DNA of 64,000 nucleotides from an uncultured Lentisphaeria bacterium (GTDB lineage: Bacteria > Fidelibacterota > UBA8477 > JABMPR01), in the NCBI GenBank assembly GCA_964508765.1, contig CAZDVD010000002.1, forward strand, positions 20,975-84,974, in the 5' to 3' direction. A program made the translations under genes and the position numbers. Below the pieces are notes generated by a model. That model did not search any database. It was not told the origin of the DNA and was given only the letters and a program-made list of their open reading frames with translations. This document shows, piece by piece, positions 32,121-40,208 of the stretch; the first letter of the stretch is position 1; the number at the start of each line of letters is the position of its first letter.

Positions 32121-34469
32121 ATGGCCTTAAAGGTAGAAAAGGTAGCCGTTCTGGGTGCTGGAGTCATGGGCGCACAGATTGCGACTCACCTGTCAAACGC
32201 CGGGATTCCCAGTTACCTCTTTGATATGAATCAGGAGCTGGCGGAGCAGGGTTTGGAGGGAATGAAAAAGCTGAAACCCAGTCCGGTATACAATCCCAAA
32301 ACTTTGGAGATGATCACACCCTGTAATTATGATGATCACCTCGATAAAATAGGTGAGGTGGATTGGGTTATTGAAGTTATTGCTGAGCGTCTCGATTGGA
32401 AGCAAGGGTTATTCGAGAAGATTGTTCCCAAGATGAATGCTACAGCTATTCTCACCAGTAATACCTCGGGTCTGTCTCTAGCTGATATGGCAACTTCCTT
32501 GCCAGCAGATATGCAGAAACGATTCTTCATTACTCACTTTTTCAACCCACCTCGATATATGAAGTTGGTGGAGCTGGTAGGTGGACCAGAGACAGATATG
32601 GAGGCGATGCAGGATATTGCCACCTTCCTGGAAGATGATCTGGGAAAAGGCGTCGTCTGGGCAAAAGATACGGCCAATTTTATTGCTAATCGAATCGGTG
32701 TCTATGGTATGATGTTGACGCTGAAATTGGCCCAGGAAAAACGCCTGAATGTTCCTGATGTTGATGCCCTGACAGGTACGCTCATAGGGCATATGAAATC
32801 CGCCACCTTCAGAACCGCTGATGTGGTTGGTCTGGATACCCTCGTGCATGTCGCTGAAAATGCTTACGATAAGGGTGATGCAGACGAAGAGCGTGATATC
32901 TTCCAAATTCCGGACTATCTGCAATCTATGCTGGACAATGGCTGGTTGGGTCAGAAGACCAAGGGCGGTTTCTACAAGAAAGTGGACAAAAAAACCATCC
33001 TGTCCCTCAATCTGGATACACTGGAATATGAACCTTCTGTTAAAAAGAAATACGATGCGATAAGGGTTTCTAAAAATGAGACCTATCTCCCAGGGAAATT
33101 GAAAAGTCTGGTTAGCATTGATGATGTTGCCGGTAAATTTCTCTGGGAGCTGAATGCAGGAATATTGATTTATTCAGCCAATCGTTTACCTGAGATTTCA
33201 GATGATATCGTGAACATCGATAACGCCATGAAATGGGGTTTTGGTTGGGAATTTGGACCCTTTGAAGTCTGGGATGCATTTGGTTTAGTTGAATCCGTTA
33301 AACGCATGAAGGATGACGGTCGCAAGATCCCAGCCTGGGTTCAGACCATGATCAAGAAAGGCTACACATCTTTCTATGGCTTTGATGGAAAGGTTAAGAC
33401 CTATTACGATCCATCAAGTGAATCTATGCTGCCCGTACCAACCCATCCATTGGCAGTAGATTTTAATGTTATCAAGAAAACCGGCGGACTCATCAAAAAA
33501 GATTGGTCAGCATCCCTGATTGATCTTGGTGATGGCGTTGCTGCTGTAACTATGCACTCCGTGCTGCAGCCCACCTTCAATCCAATTGATGGTTCCATTA
33601 TCGGTATGTTTGATCAAGCTGTTGATTGGGTAACCGAAAATAACTACAAGGGCTTGGTTATCGCCTCCGAAGCCACCCATTTCTCTGCGGGAGCCAACCT
33701 GGCTCTTATGCTGCGTGCCATTGACGAGCAAGACTGGGATGCTTTGGATGCCATGAGTAAATCCATGCAGGATACCCTTCAAAAGGTACGTTTTGCTCCC
33801 TTCCCTGTTGTCGCAGCTCCTCATTGGATGGCGTTGGGTGGCGGCTATGAAACCATTGGTGCCTGTGATCGCATTGTGGCTGCAGCTGAACTCTATACTG
33901 GCCTGGTTGAGGTTGGTGTGGGACTCATCCCTGGAGCCGGTGGAAACTTGAGAATGATCATGAAGACTCAAGATAGGCTCTCTAAGGGTCGTGCCGGTGC
34001 TTTCCAGGTTGCCCAAAAGGCTTTCGAGGCTATCGGATTTGCCAAGGTCTCCATGTCAGCCAAACATGCCGTATCAATTGGTTATCTCACTAAAGACGAT
34101 ATCATTATCGTCAATCAGGATCATCGTGTATCACGGGCCAAGGCAGAAGTCTTGTCCATGAGTGAAGATTATCAAGCACCTGAACTGCGGACAGATTTAT
34201 TTCTCCCGGGCAAGGGTGGCAGATTGGCAGTGAAGAGCACTGTGAAAGGCTTCCTGAAATCAGGTAAAATCTCTGAACATGATGCCCACATTGCTGAGAA
34301 ACTGGCCTTTGTGCTCACCGGGGGTGATAAGGGTGGAATTATGAGACCACTGGATGAGCAATATCTCCTCGATCTTGAACGAGAGGCATTTGTTTCTCTT
34401 GGTGGGGAACCAAAGACCCGCGCACGCATAGAATACATGTTGAAACGAGGGAGACCTCTTAGAAACTAA
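32121..34469 (+). CDS. fadN: Bifunctional 3-hydroxyacyl-CoA dehydrogenase / enoyl-CoA hydratase (FadN-type order: HAD N-terminal, crotonase C-terminal)
   Basis: 782 aa with an N-terminal NAD-binding VAVLGAGVMGAQIA and a later crotonase-fold region (AAPHWMALGGGYE). Confidence 0.88.
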   Translation: MALKVEKVAVLGAGVMGAQIATHLSNAGIPSYLFDMNQELAEQGLEGMKKLKPSPVYNPKTLEMITPCNYDDHLDKIGEVDWVIEVIAERLDWKQGLFEKIVPKMNATAILTSNTSGLSLADMATSLPADMQKRFFITHFFNPPRYMKLVELVGGPETDMEAMQDIATFLEDDLGKGVVWAKDTANFIANRIGVYGMMLTLKLAQEKRLNVPDVDALTGTLIGHMKSATFRTADVVGLDTLVHVAENAYDKGDADEERDIFQIPDYLQSMLDNGWLGQKTKGGFYKKVDKKTILSLNLDTLEYEPSVKKKYDAIRVSKNETYLPGKLKSLVSIDDVAGKFLWELNAGILIYSANRLPEISDDIVNIDNAMKWGFGWEFGPFEVWDAFGLVESVKRMKDDGRKIPAWVQTMIKKGYTSFYGFDGKVKTYYDPSSESMLPVPTHPLAVDFNVIKKTGGLIKKDWSASLIDLGDGVAAVTMHSVLQPTFNPIDGSIIGMFDQAVDWVTENNYKGLVIASEATHFSAGANLALMLRAIDEQDWDALDAMSKSMQDTLQKVRFAPFPVVAAPHWMALGGGYETIGACDRIVAAAELYTGLVEVGVGLIPGAGGNLRMIMKTQDRLSKGRAGAFQVAQKAFEAIGFAKVSMSAKHAVSIGYLTKDDIIIVNQDHRVSRAKAEVLSMSEDYQAPELRTDLFLPGKGGRLAVKSTVKGFLKSGKISEHDAHIAEKLAFVLTGGDKGGIMRPLDEQYLLDLEREAFVSLGGEPKTRARIEYMLKRGRPLRN

Positions 34470-34517
34470 CTACATCTCAGGTTTTCCGTTTTCCTCCATG
34501 GGATGTATTCATAAAGA

Positions 34518-34547
34518 AAGGCGACGATTTTATCGTCGCCTTTTCTA
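34518..34547 (+). terminator. Rho-independent terminator after fad operon
   Basis: aaaGGCGACGAttttaTCGTCGCCttttctattt. Confidence 0.8.
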
Positions 34548-34645
34548 TTTATATAACCATTTCTATAGTTAAATTAATCCACAATCACTTTTAACACAGG
34601 ATGTCAACCTTCAATTTATTGAAACATTACTATTTGGATTAATAC

Positions 34646-34975
34646 ATGAACACTAAAGAAAAACAAGAGCTACGGGAACGCATTCATTCAGAAATTGAGA
34701 GTGCCACAGAACAGGTCATTGAACTCAAGAAGATGACTCAACCCATTGCTCCAGATGCAGCTATTGGACGAATTTCCCGTATGGAAGCCATTAACAATAA
34801 GAGTGTCAATGAGCTTTTATTGTCTAAGACGGAAGCCAAACTCCAAAAACTCGAAACCTCCCTGGCATTTATCGACAGGGAAGACTACGGTCTATGTCGA
34901 GTCTGCAAACAGCCCATTCCCCTGGGTCGTCTGATGATGCTACCTGAATCAGATAAATGTGTGAACTGCGCCTAA
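34646..34975 (+). CDS. DksA/TraR family C4-type zinc-finger protein
   Basis: 109 aa with a coiled-coil N-terminus and a CRVC-X17-CVNC zinc finger. Confidence 0.8.
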   Translation: MNTKEKQELRERIHSEIESATEQVIELKKMTQPIAPDAAIGRISRMEAINNKSVNELLLSKTEAKLQKLETSLAFIDREDYGLCRVCKQPIPLGRLMMLPESDKCVNCA

Positions 34976-34990
34976 TTAGGAGATACTATT

Positions 34991-37069
34991 GTGGGTAAAA
35001 TTAAATTAGCTATCGGGTGTTTTGCCCTGGTAGTTGTTTCCTGTATACCAAAATCAGAAAGTGTCCCACAAGTGACTGAAATGGATCCATACATCTGGCT
35101 GGAAGAAGTAGAGGGTGAGCGCGCTCTGAATTGGGTGAGGGAGCAGAATGCAGTAACGCTCAATGAGCTTCAGGCAGATCCTCGCTTTGAACAATTCGAG
35201 AGTGAAGCACTGGCCATCTATGAAGCGAAGGACAGACTTGTTTATGGCAAAATCAGGGGTGATTTTATCTACAATTTCTGGCGGGATGATGAGCATATCA
35301 GGGGTATCTGGCGTCGTTCACCTCTAAATGCGTACCTGAATAATAAACCAGTGTGGGATGTTCTCCTTGATATAGATGCTCTGGCAGACGCTGAAAATGA
35401 GAATTGGGTTTATAAAGGTACAGCAGGGTTACCTCCAACCTACGATCGTTTCTTGATTGAGCTATCGCGAGGGGGGAAAGACGCAGTGGTGGTCAGAGAA
35501 TTCGATGTTTCAACACATTCATTTGTGAACGATGGTTTCTATGTACCAGAAGAAAAATCTTCTGTAACATGGATCAATGAGAATCAGATATTTGTAGCTA
35601 CAAATTTTGGTCCTGGGAGCATGACGAGCAGTGGATACCCTGCAAGTATACGCGTTTGGACAAGAGGAGAAGACTTGGAGACAAGCCCAGAGCTTGCCCG
35701 CGTCGCAAATGAAGACGTTGGTCTCCGGGGTTGGACCATATTTGTTTCTGATAAGAACTATTCTCTCATCAGTAAATCCAAAGATTTTTGGACACATGAG
35801 ATATTGATAGTCGACGAGAATCTTTCAGTACGAAAACTGGTGATTCCACTTGATGCTGACTTCCAAGGAATCTGGAAGGATCAAATATTTGCCATCCTTC
35901 GCTCAGATTGGAAGGGAAGTACCAAAGGTTCTCTTATTGCACTGGATTTGAAATCGATGGTGAAGAAAGATGTCTTTATCCCCAATACCAAAAGTTCAAT
36001 ATCGGAGATTAGCTTTTCCTCAACCCACCTCCTCCTTACCATTCAGCAGGATGTTGTGGACAAAGTTTATCGGGTCAGCATGAAAGATGATTCCTGGGTT
36101 CTAGAAATGCTTGATCTTCCCAAGGGAGGTACAATTTCCATTTATGGGGCTGATCCATTGAATGCGAATTTCTTCTACACCTTTAATGATTTGATTACCC
36201 CCACAACCCTGGGTTATTACGCTGATGCTACAATTGATCCAGTGGTGATTCAGCAATCTCCAGACCGGTATAACAATGAGAATCTCCAAGTAAATCAAAA
36301 ATTTGCCACCAGCAAAGATGGCACAAAAATTCCATACTTTCTCGTAAGTAGAAAGGACATGCCCCTTGATGGTAGCAATCCGACACTCCTCTATGGCTAC
36401 GGAGGTTTTGAAATTTCTCAAAAATCGCAGTACTGGTCAAAAACGGGGAAACTTTGGATAGAAAAGGGTGGTGTCTTTGCCCTGGCCAATATTAGAGGTG
36501 GTGGAGAATATGGCCCTGCCTGGCATCAAGCCGCACTAAAGACCAAGCGACACAAGTCGTATGAAGATTTCATTGCCATTGCTGAGCAACTGATCAACAG
36601 CAAAATTACTTCTCCTGAAAAATTAGGAATAATGGGAGGAAGTGGGGGAGGTCTTCTGGTGGGAGCCGTCTTCACCATGCGACCAGATCTTTTTAATGCA
36701 GTTGTGTCAAAAGTCCCGCTACTGGATATGTTGAGATATCATAAACTTTTAGCTGGAGCAAGTTGGATGGGGGAGTATGGTGATCCGGATGATCCTATTG
36801 AAGGAGCCTATCTTAAACAATATTCACCTTACCACAGGCTTTCACCTGATAAGAAATATCCCAAACCCCTGTTTACAACCTCCACCAAGGATGATCGAGT
36901 GCATCCAGGGCACGCCCGCAAAATGGTAGCTCGCATGATGGAACAGGGACATCCCGTGATGTACTATGAAAATATAGAAGGTGGGCACGCTGCAGGTGCG
37001 AACTTGAAGCAATATGCCACCATGGCTGCCATAGAGATGACCTATTTACACAGGATGTTGATGGATTGA
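34991..37069 (+). CDS. Prolyl oligopeptidase family serine peptidase (S9A), lipoprotein
   Basis: 692 aa with a GTG start and a lipoprotein signal (LAIGCFALVVVSC). Beta-propeller N-terminal domain, GGSGGGLL nucleophile elbow and a C-terminal catalytic H in GGHAAG. Confidence 0.9.
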   Translation: MGKIKLAIGCFALVVVSCIPKSESVPQVTEMDPYIWLEEVEGERALNWVREQNAVTLNELQADPRFEQFESEALAIYEAKDRLVYGKIRGDFIYNFWRDDEHIRGIWRRSPLNAYLNNKPVWDVLLDIDALADAENENWVYKGTAGLPPTYDRFLIELSRGGKDAVVVREFDVSTHSFVNDGFYVPEEKSSVTWINENQIFVATNFGPGSMTSSGYPASIRVWTRGEDLETSPELARVANEDVGLRGWTIFVSDKNYSLISKSKDFWTHEILIVDENLSVRKLVIPLDADFQGIWKDQIFAILRSDWKGSTKGSLIALDLKSMVKKDVFIPNTKSSISEISFSSTHLLLTIQQDVVDKVYRVSMKDDSWVLEMLDLPKGGTISIYGADPLNANFFYTFNDLITPTTLGYYADATIDPVVIQQSPDRYNNENLQVNQKFATSKDGTKIPYFLVSRKDMPLDGSNPTLLYGYGGFEISQKSQYWSKTGKLWIEKGGVFALANIRGGGEYGPAWHQAALKTKRHKSYEDFIAIAEQLINSKITSPEKLGIMGGSGGGLLVGAVFTMRPDLFNAVVSKVPLLDMLRYHKLLAGASWMGEYGDPDDPIEGAYLKQYSPYHRLSPDKKYPKPLFTTSTKDDRVHPGHARKMVARMMEQGHPVMYYENIEGGHAAGANLKQYATMAAIEMTYLHRMLMD

Positions 37070-37088
37070 CGCCTGAACTAGACGAGAA

Positions 37089-38138
37089 CTAGCATATTCG
37101 GGGGAGTTGTTCACCTACGGGCATATCAACAATTCGATTGGCTCCCAGACCTGTTCGCATAACCACGATTCCAGAATGTTTGTCAGTAACTTCACCAATA
37201 ATCGTAGCCGCTTTTCCATGCTCATTTTTGCGCATGGCTGCCAGCATATCATCTGCAATATTCGCGGGTACAATGGCAACCAGCTTGCCTTCATTAGCCA
37301 CATAGAGTGGATCAATTCCTAAAATTTCACAAGCTCCACGCACATTTTCCTTTACCGGAATATTATTCCCATAGAGTTGAATGCCCACTTTTGAAGATGA
37401 AGCAAATTCATTGAGTGAGGTCGCCAGGCCACCACGGGTTGGATCTCGCAAAGCATGGATATTTGGGCTTACATCGAGCATATCCTGAACGAGATGATTT
37501 AAGCCAGCAGTATCACTTTCCACAGTGGATTGAAAGGATAAACCTTCGCGTGTTGTCATCACTGCCATACCGTGATCTGCAAGAGTTCCAGACAGGATAA
37601 TTTTATCTCCAACTTCTAGATTTGAAGCTGAAATATTTACATCATCGGGCACAAAGCCGAAGCCACTGGTATTGATAAAAAGTTTATCGCAACTGCCACG
37701 ATTTACGACTTTGGTATCGCCCGCTACAATTTGTACGCCAGCCAGGTTGGCTGCCTTTTCCATGGAAAGAACGATGCGGTGAAGGGTTTCAAATGGGAGT
37801 CCCTCTTCCAAAATGAACCCCACACTCAGATACTTTGGTATGGCTCCGCTCATAGCAATATCATTGACCGTTCCATTGATGGCAAGATCACCAATATCTC
37901 CGCCTGGGAAAAAGATGGGATCCACCACAAAAGTATCTGTACTAAAGGCGATTCTGCCACCAGGATTGTCCACAACAGCCTGGTCTTCCATCTTTTCCAA
38001 CGTACTGTTAAGAAATCGGGGTAGGAAGATTTTATCAATCATCTCATTGGAAAGTTTACCACCAGCGCCATGAGCGAGTTGGACCGTGTCATGGCTCAGA
38101 ATGGGAACAGGGCAGGATAAGGCTTCAGGAAAATCCAT
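37089..38138 (-). CDS. hypE: Hydrogenase maturation protein HypE
   Basis: 349 aa AIR-synthase-like, with the N-terminal QLAHGAGGKLS motif and a C-terminal PRIC. Confidence 0.92.
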   Translation of the reverse strand: MDFPEALSCPVPILSHDTVQLAHGAGGKLSNEMIDKIFLPRFLNSTLEKMEDQAVVDNPGGRIAFSTDTFVVDPIFFPGGDIGDLAINGTVNDIAMSGAIPKYLSVGFILEEGLPFETLHRIVLSMEKAANLAGVQIVAGDTKVVNRGSCDKLFINTSGFGFVPDDVNISASNLEVGDKIILSGTLADHGMAVMTTREGLSFQSTVESDTAGLNHLVQDMLDVSPNIHALRDPTRGGLATSLNEFASSSKVGIQLYGNNIPVKENVRGACEILGIDPLYVANEGKLVAIVPANIADDMLAAMRKNEHGKAATIIGEVTDKHSGIVVMRTGLGANRIVDMPVGEQLPRIC

Positions 38139-38270
38139 ATTTGATCCTATTTATTTTTACACGAATTAGACGAACAGAACGAAAAAATTTGCATTGTAAA
38201 GAAAAACTCATACTCATCAGTTTAAATCCGTGGCTAAACTGCTTTTGGAACGTGTGATACTTATGATTAG

Positions 38271-39362
38271 TTACTCCAAGATGCGTTGATATTTATAGTA
38301 GGCGGCACAGGCGCCTTCGCTGGAAACCATGGTGGCACCCAGTGGGTTTTGGGGAGTACATTCCTTGCCAAAGGCTGGGCAATCGTGGGGCTTTTTTAAT
38401 CCCTGTAGAATCAAACCACTGATACAGGCTTCAGGTTCTTCCGTTTGAATATCACCTACAGAAAATTTTAGTTCAGCATCATGAGCTGCATATTTCTCAC
38501 GAATTTTGAATCCACTGACTGGAATTTCTCCAATCCCGCGCCATTTGCGATTGGTAATTTCGAAAACGTCCTTGATGAGAGCCTGTGCTGGTTTATTGCC
38601 ACCCTGTTCAACGATGCGTGCATATCTATTTTCAACTTTATAGGTACCAACTTCTAATTGTTTGACAGTATGCAGAATTCCATCCAACACATCCATGGGC
38701 TCAAATCCGGTGATAACAATGGGGACTTCATACTTCATGGCAATGGGATCGTACTCGTCCCAACCCATAACCGCACAGACGTGTCCCGCAGCGAGGTAAC
38801 CTTGAACGCGGTTGGAAGGTGAGGAGAGCAGAGCCTCCATGGCTGGCGGAACAAGGACATGGCTAACCAGTTCACTGAAATTGGTCAAACCTTCTTTAGC
38901 AGCTTGAGCCACGGCCATGGCATTGCCTGGTGCTGTCGTTTCAAAACCCACAGCAAAGAATACCACCTCTTTATCTGGGTTCTCACGGGCTATTTTTAGA
39001 CTTTCCAGAGGTGAAAAGACAGTACGAACATCGCCACCTTCTGATCTCACCATAAAAAGATCTTTATGGCTTCCTGGAACCCGGAGCATATCACCAAAAC
39101 TGGTAAAAATCACATCTGGACGGCCGGCAATCACAATGGCTCTATCAATAATTTCCAGAGGGGTCACACAAACAGGACATCCCGGGCCATGGACCAACTC
39201 AATTTCTTTGGGAAGGACCTGATCAATCCCATTTCGGATGATTGAGTGCGTTTGACCACCACAAATCTCCATGATGACCCAGGGCTGGGTTGTTACAGCA
39301 TAAATCTCCTTGAGAATCTTTTTTGCTACGACAGGATCGCGGAACTCATCGAGGTATTTCAA
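38271..39362 (-). CDS. hypD: Hydrogenase maturation protein HypD
   Basis: 363 aa with [16 protein letters not shown] and FETTAP motifs. Confidence 0.92.
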   Translation of the reverse strand: MKYLDEFRDPVVAKKILKEIYAVTTQPWVIMEICGGQTHSIIRNGIDQVLPKEIELVHGPGCPVCVTPLEIIDRAIVIAGRPDVIFTSFGDMLRVPGSHKDLFMVRSEGGDVRTVFSPLESLKIARENPDKEVVFFAVGFETTAPGNAMAVAQAAKEGLTNFSELVSHVLVPPAMEALLSSPSNRVQGYLAAGHVCAVMGWDEYDPIAMKYEVPIVITGFEPMDVLDGILHTVKQLEVGTYKVENRYARIVEQGGNKPAQALIKDVFEITNRKWRGIGEIPVSGFKIREKYAAHDAELKFSVGDIQTEEPEACISGLILQGLKKPHDCPAFGKECTPQNPLGATMVSSEGACAAYYKYQRILE

Positions 39363-39631
39363 TCGGGACGCTCCAGCTTTTCGATTTCGATTCCTTCAGC
39401 ATTGGCACGATCAATGAGATCATCCCAGGCGTCGAATGAGTTTTTGGCTTCCTCCTCATTAAGTACTGAAAGAGCGAAGCCCGCATGAACGATAGTATAT
39501 TGACCAATCTCAATCTCTGGAACATACTCCAGGCAGGCCTTGCTCACAGATCCCGCAAAATCAATATTGCCCATTTTGAGGCCATTTTCGTCAAAGACTT
39601 CTAATAATTTTCCTGGGATTGCTAAGCACAT
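39359..39631 (-). CDS. hypC: Hydrogenase maturation chaperone HypC
   Basis: 90 aa. The N-terminus MCLAIPGKL and an overlap with the hypD start are both typical of HypC. Confidence 0.9.
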   Translation of the reverse strand: MCLAIPGKLLEVFDENGLKMGNIDFAGSVSKACLEYVPEIEIGQYTIVHAGFALSVLNEEEAKNSFDAWDDLIDRANAEGIEIEKLERPD

Positions 39632-39652
39632 ATATGGGTTCCTGAGTTTATT

Positions 39653-39706
39653 GGGTTCAATGGGTTCAATGGGTTCAATGGGTTCAATGGGTTCAATGGG
39701 TTCAAG
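39653..39706. repeat. Tandem 9-bp microsatellite (GGGTTCAAT x5 plus 1 degenerate unit) 22 bp upstream of hypC
   Basis: The units were counted directly. The repeat reads ATTGAACCC on the coding (minus) strand. Confidence 0.9.
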
Positions 39707-39732
39707 GTTGGGGATATTTGGATACTGAACAT

Positions 39733-40098
39733 TTAAGCTTTTCTTAAATAATTTTGAAGACGCAGGGACATTTTTGATATTCTTTCACATTCTTCATAGA
39801 GTTCTTTGAAAACTGTTCTTTCAATATACTCCAAATCTAAAGCAATATATAGGTGGGACTGTAATTCAGCTGCGGAACCATGAGAATAATTCAAAAAATT
39901 AGCAAATTCCTTAGAACTTTTTCTTCCAAACCCCTCCGCTATATTTGCCATTATTGAAACGCAACATCTCCTAGTTTGATCACGTAAGCCAAAATCGCGT
40001 GCGAATGGACCTGTATTTGTCATTTGGTAAATTTTTACTGTTAACGCTCTAGCTTTTTGCCAGACATCAATTTCTTCAAAATGCTTGAAGGTAGGCAT
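39733..40098 (-). CDS. Four-helix-bundle protein (TIGR02436 / 23S rRNA intervening-sequence protein family, Avd-like)
   Basis: 121 aa: MPTFKHFEEIDVWQKARALTVKIYQMT...SIMANIAEGFGRKSSKEFANFLNYSHGSAAELQSHLYIALDLEYI, a hallmark of this family. The DNA is visibly AT-richer than the flanks. Confidence 0.8.
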   Translation of the reverse strand: MPTFKHFEEIDVWQKARALTVKIYQMTNTGPFARDFGLRDQTRRCCVSIMANIAEGFGRKSSKEFANFLNYSHGSAAELQSHLYIALDLEYIERTVFKELYEECERISKMSLRLQNYLRKA

Positions 40099-40136
40099 AG
40101 ATTCCTCTTGTTCTTGGGGTTCGCGAACATATTAAA

Positions 40137-40208
40137 CCCAAAAACCCAAAAACCCAAAAACCCAAAAACCCAAAAACCCAAAAACCCAAAAACTCAAAAA
40201 CTCAAAAA
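40137..40208. repeat. Tandem 8-bp microsatellite (CCCAAAAA x7 + CTCAAAAA x2) overlapping last codons and stop of hypF
   Basis: Period 8 was counted directly over 40137-40208. The hypF C-terminus NFLSF-stop is encoded within the last units. Confidence 0.9.

Noticed and set aside
39733-40098. Avd-like gene considered as part of a diversity-generating retroelement
   Set aside because: No reverse transcriptase ORF, template or variable repeat pair, or C-type-lectin target gene is present in the window.
39634-40208. The short tandem repeat arrays considered as a CRISPR array
   Set aside because: The units are 8-9 bp with no spacers, well short of the 24-47 bp repeats and unique spacers of CRISPR. 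No cas genes are present.
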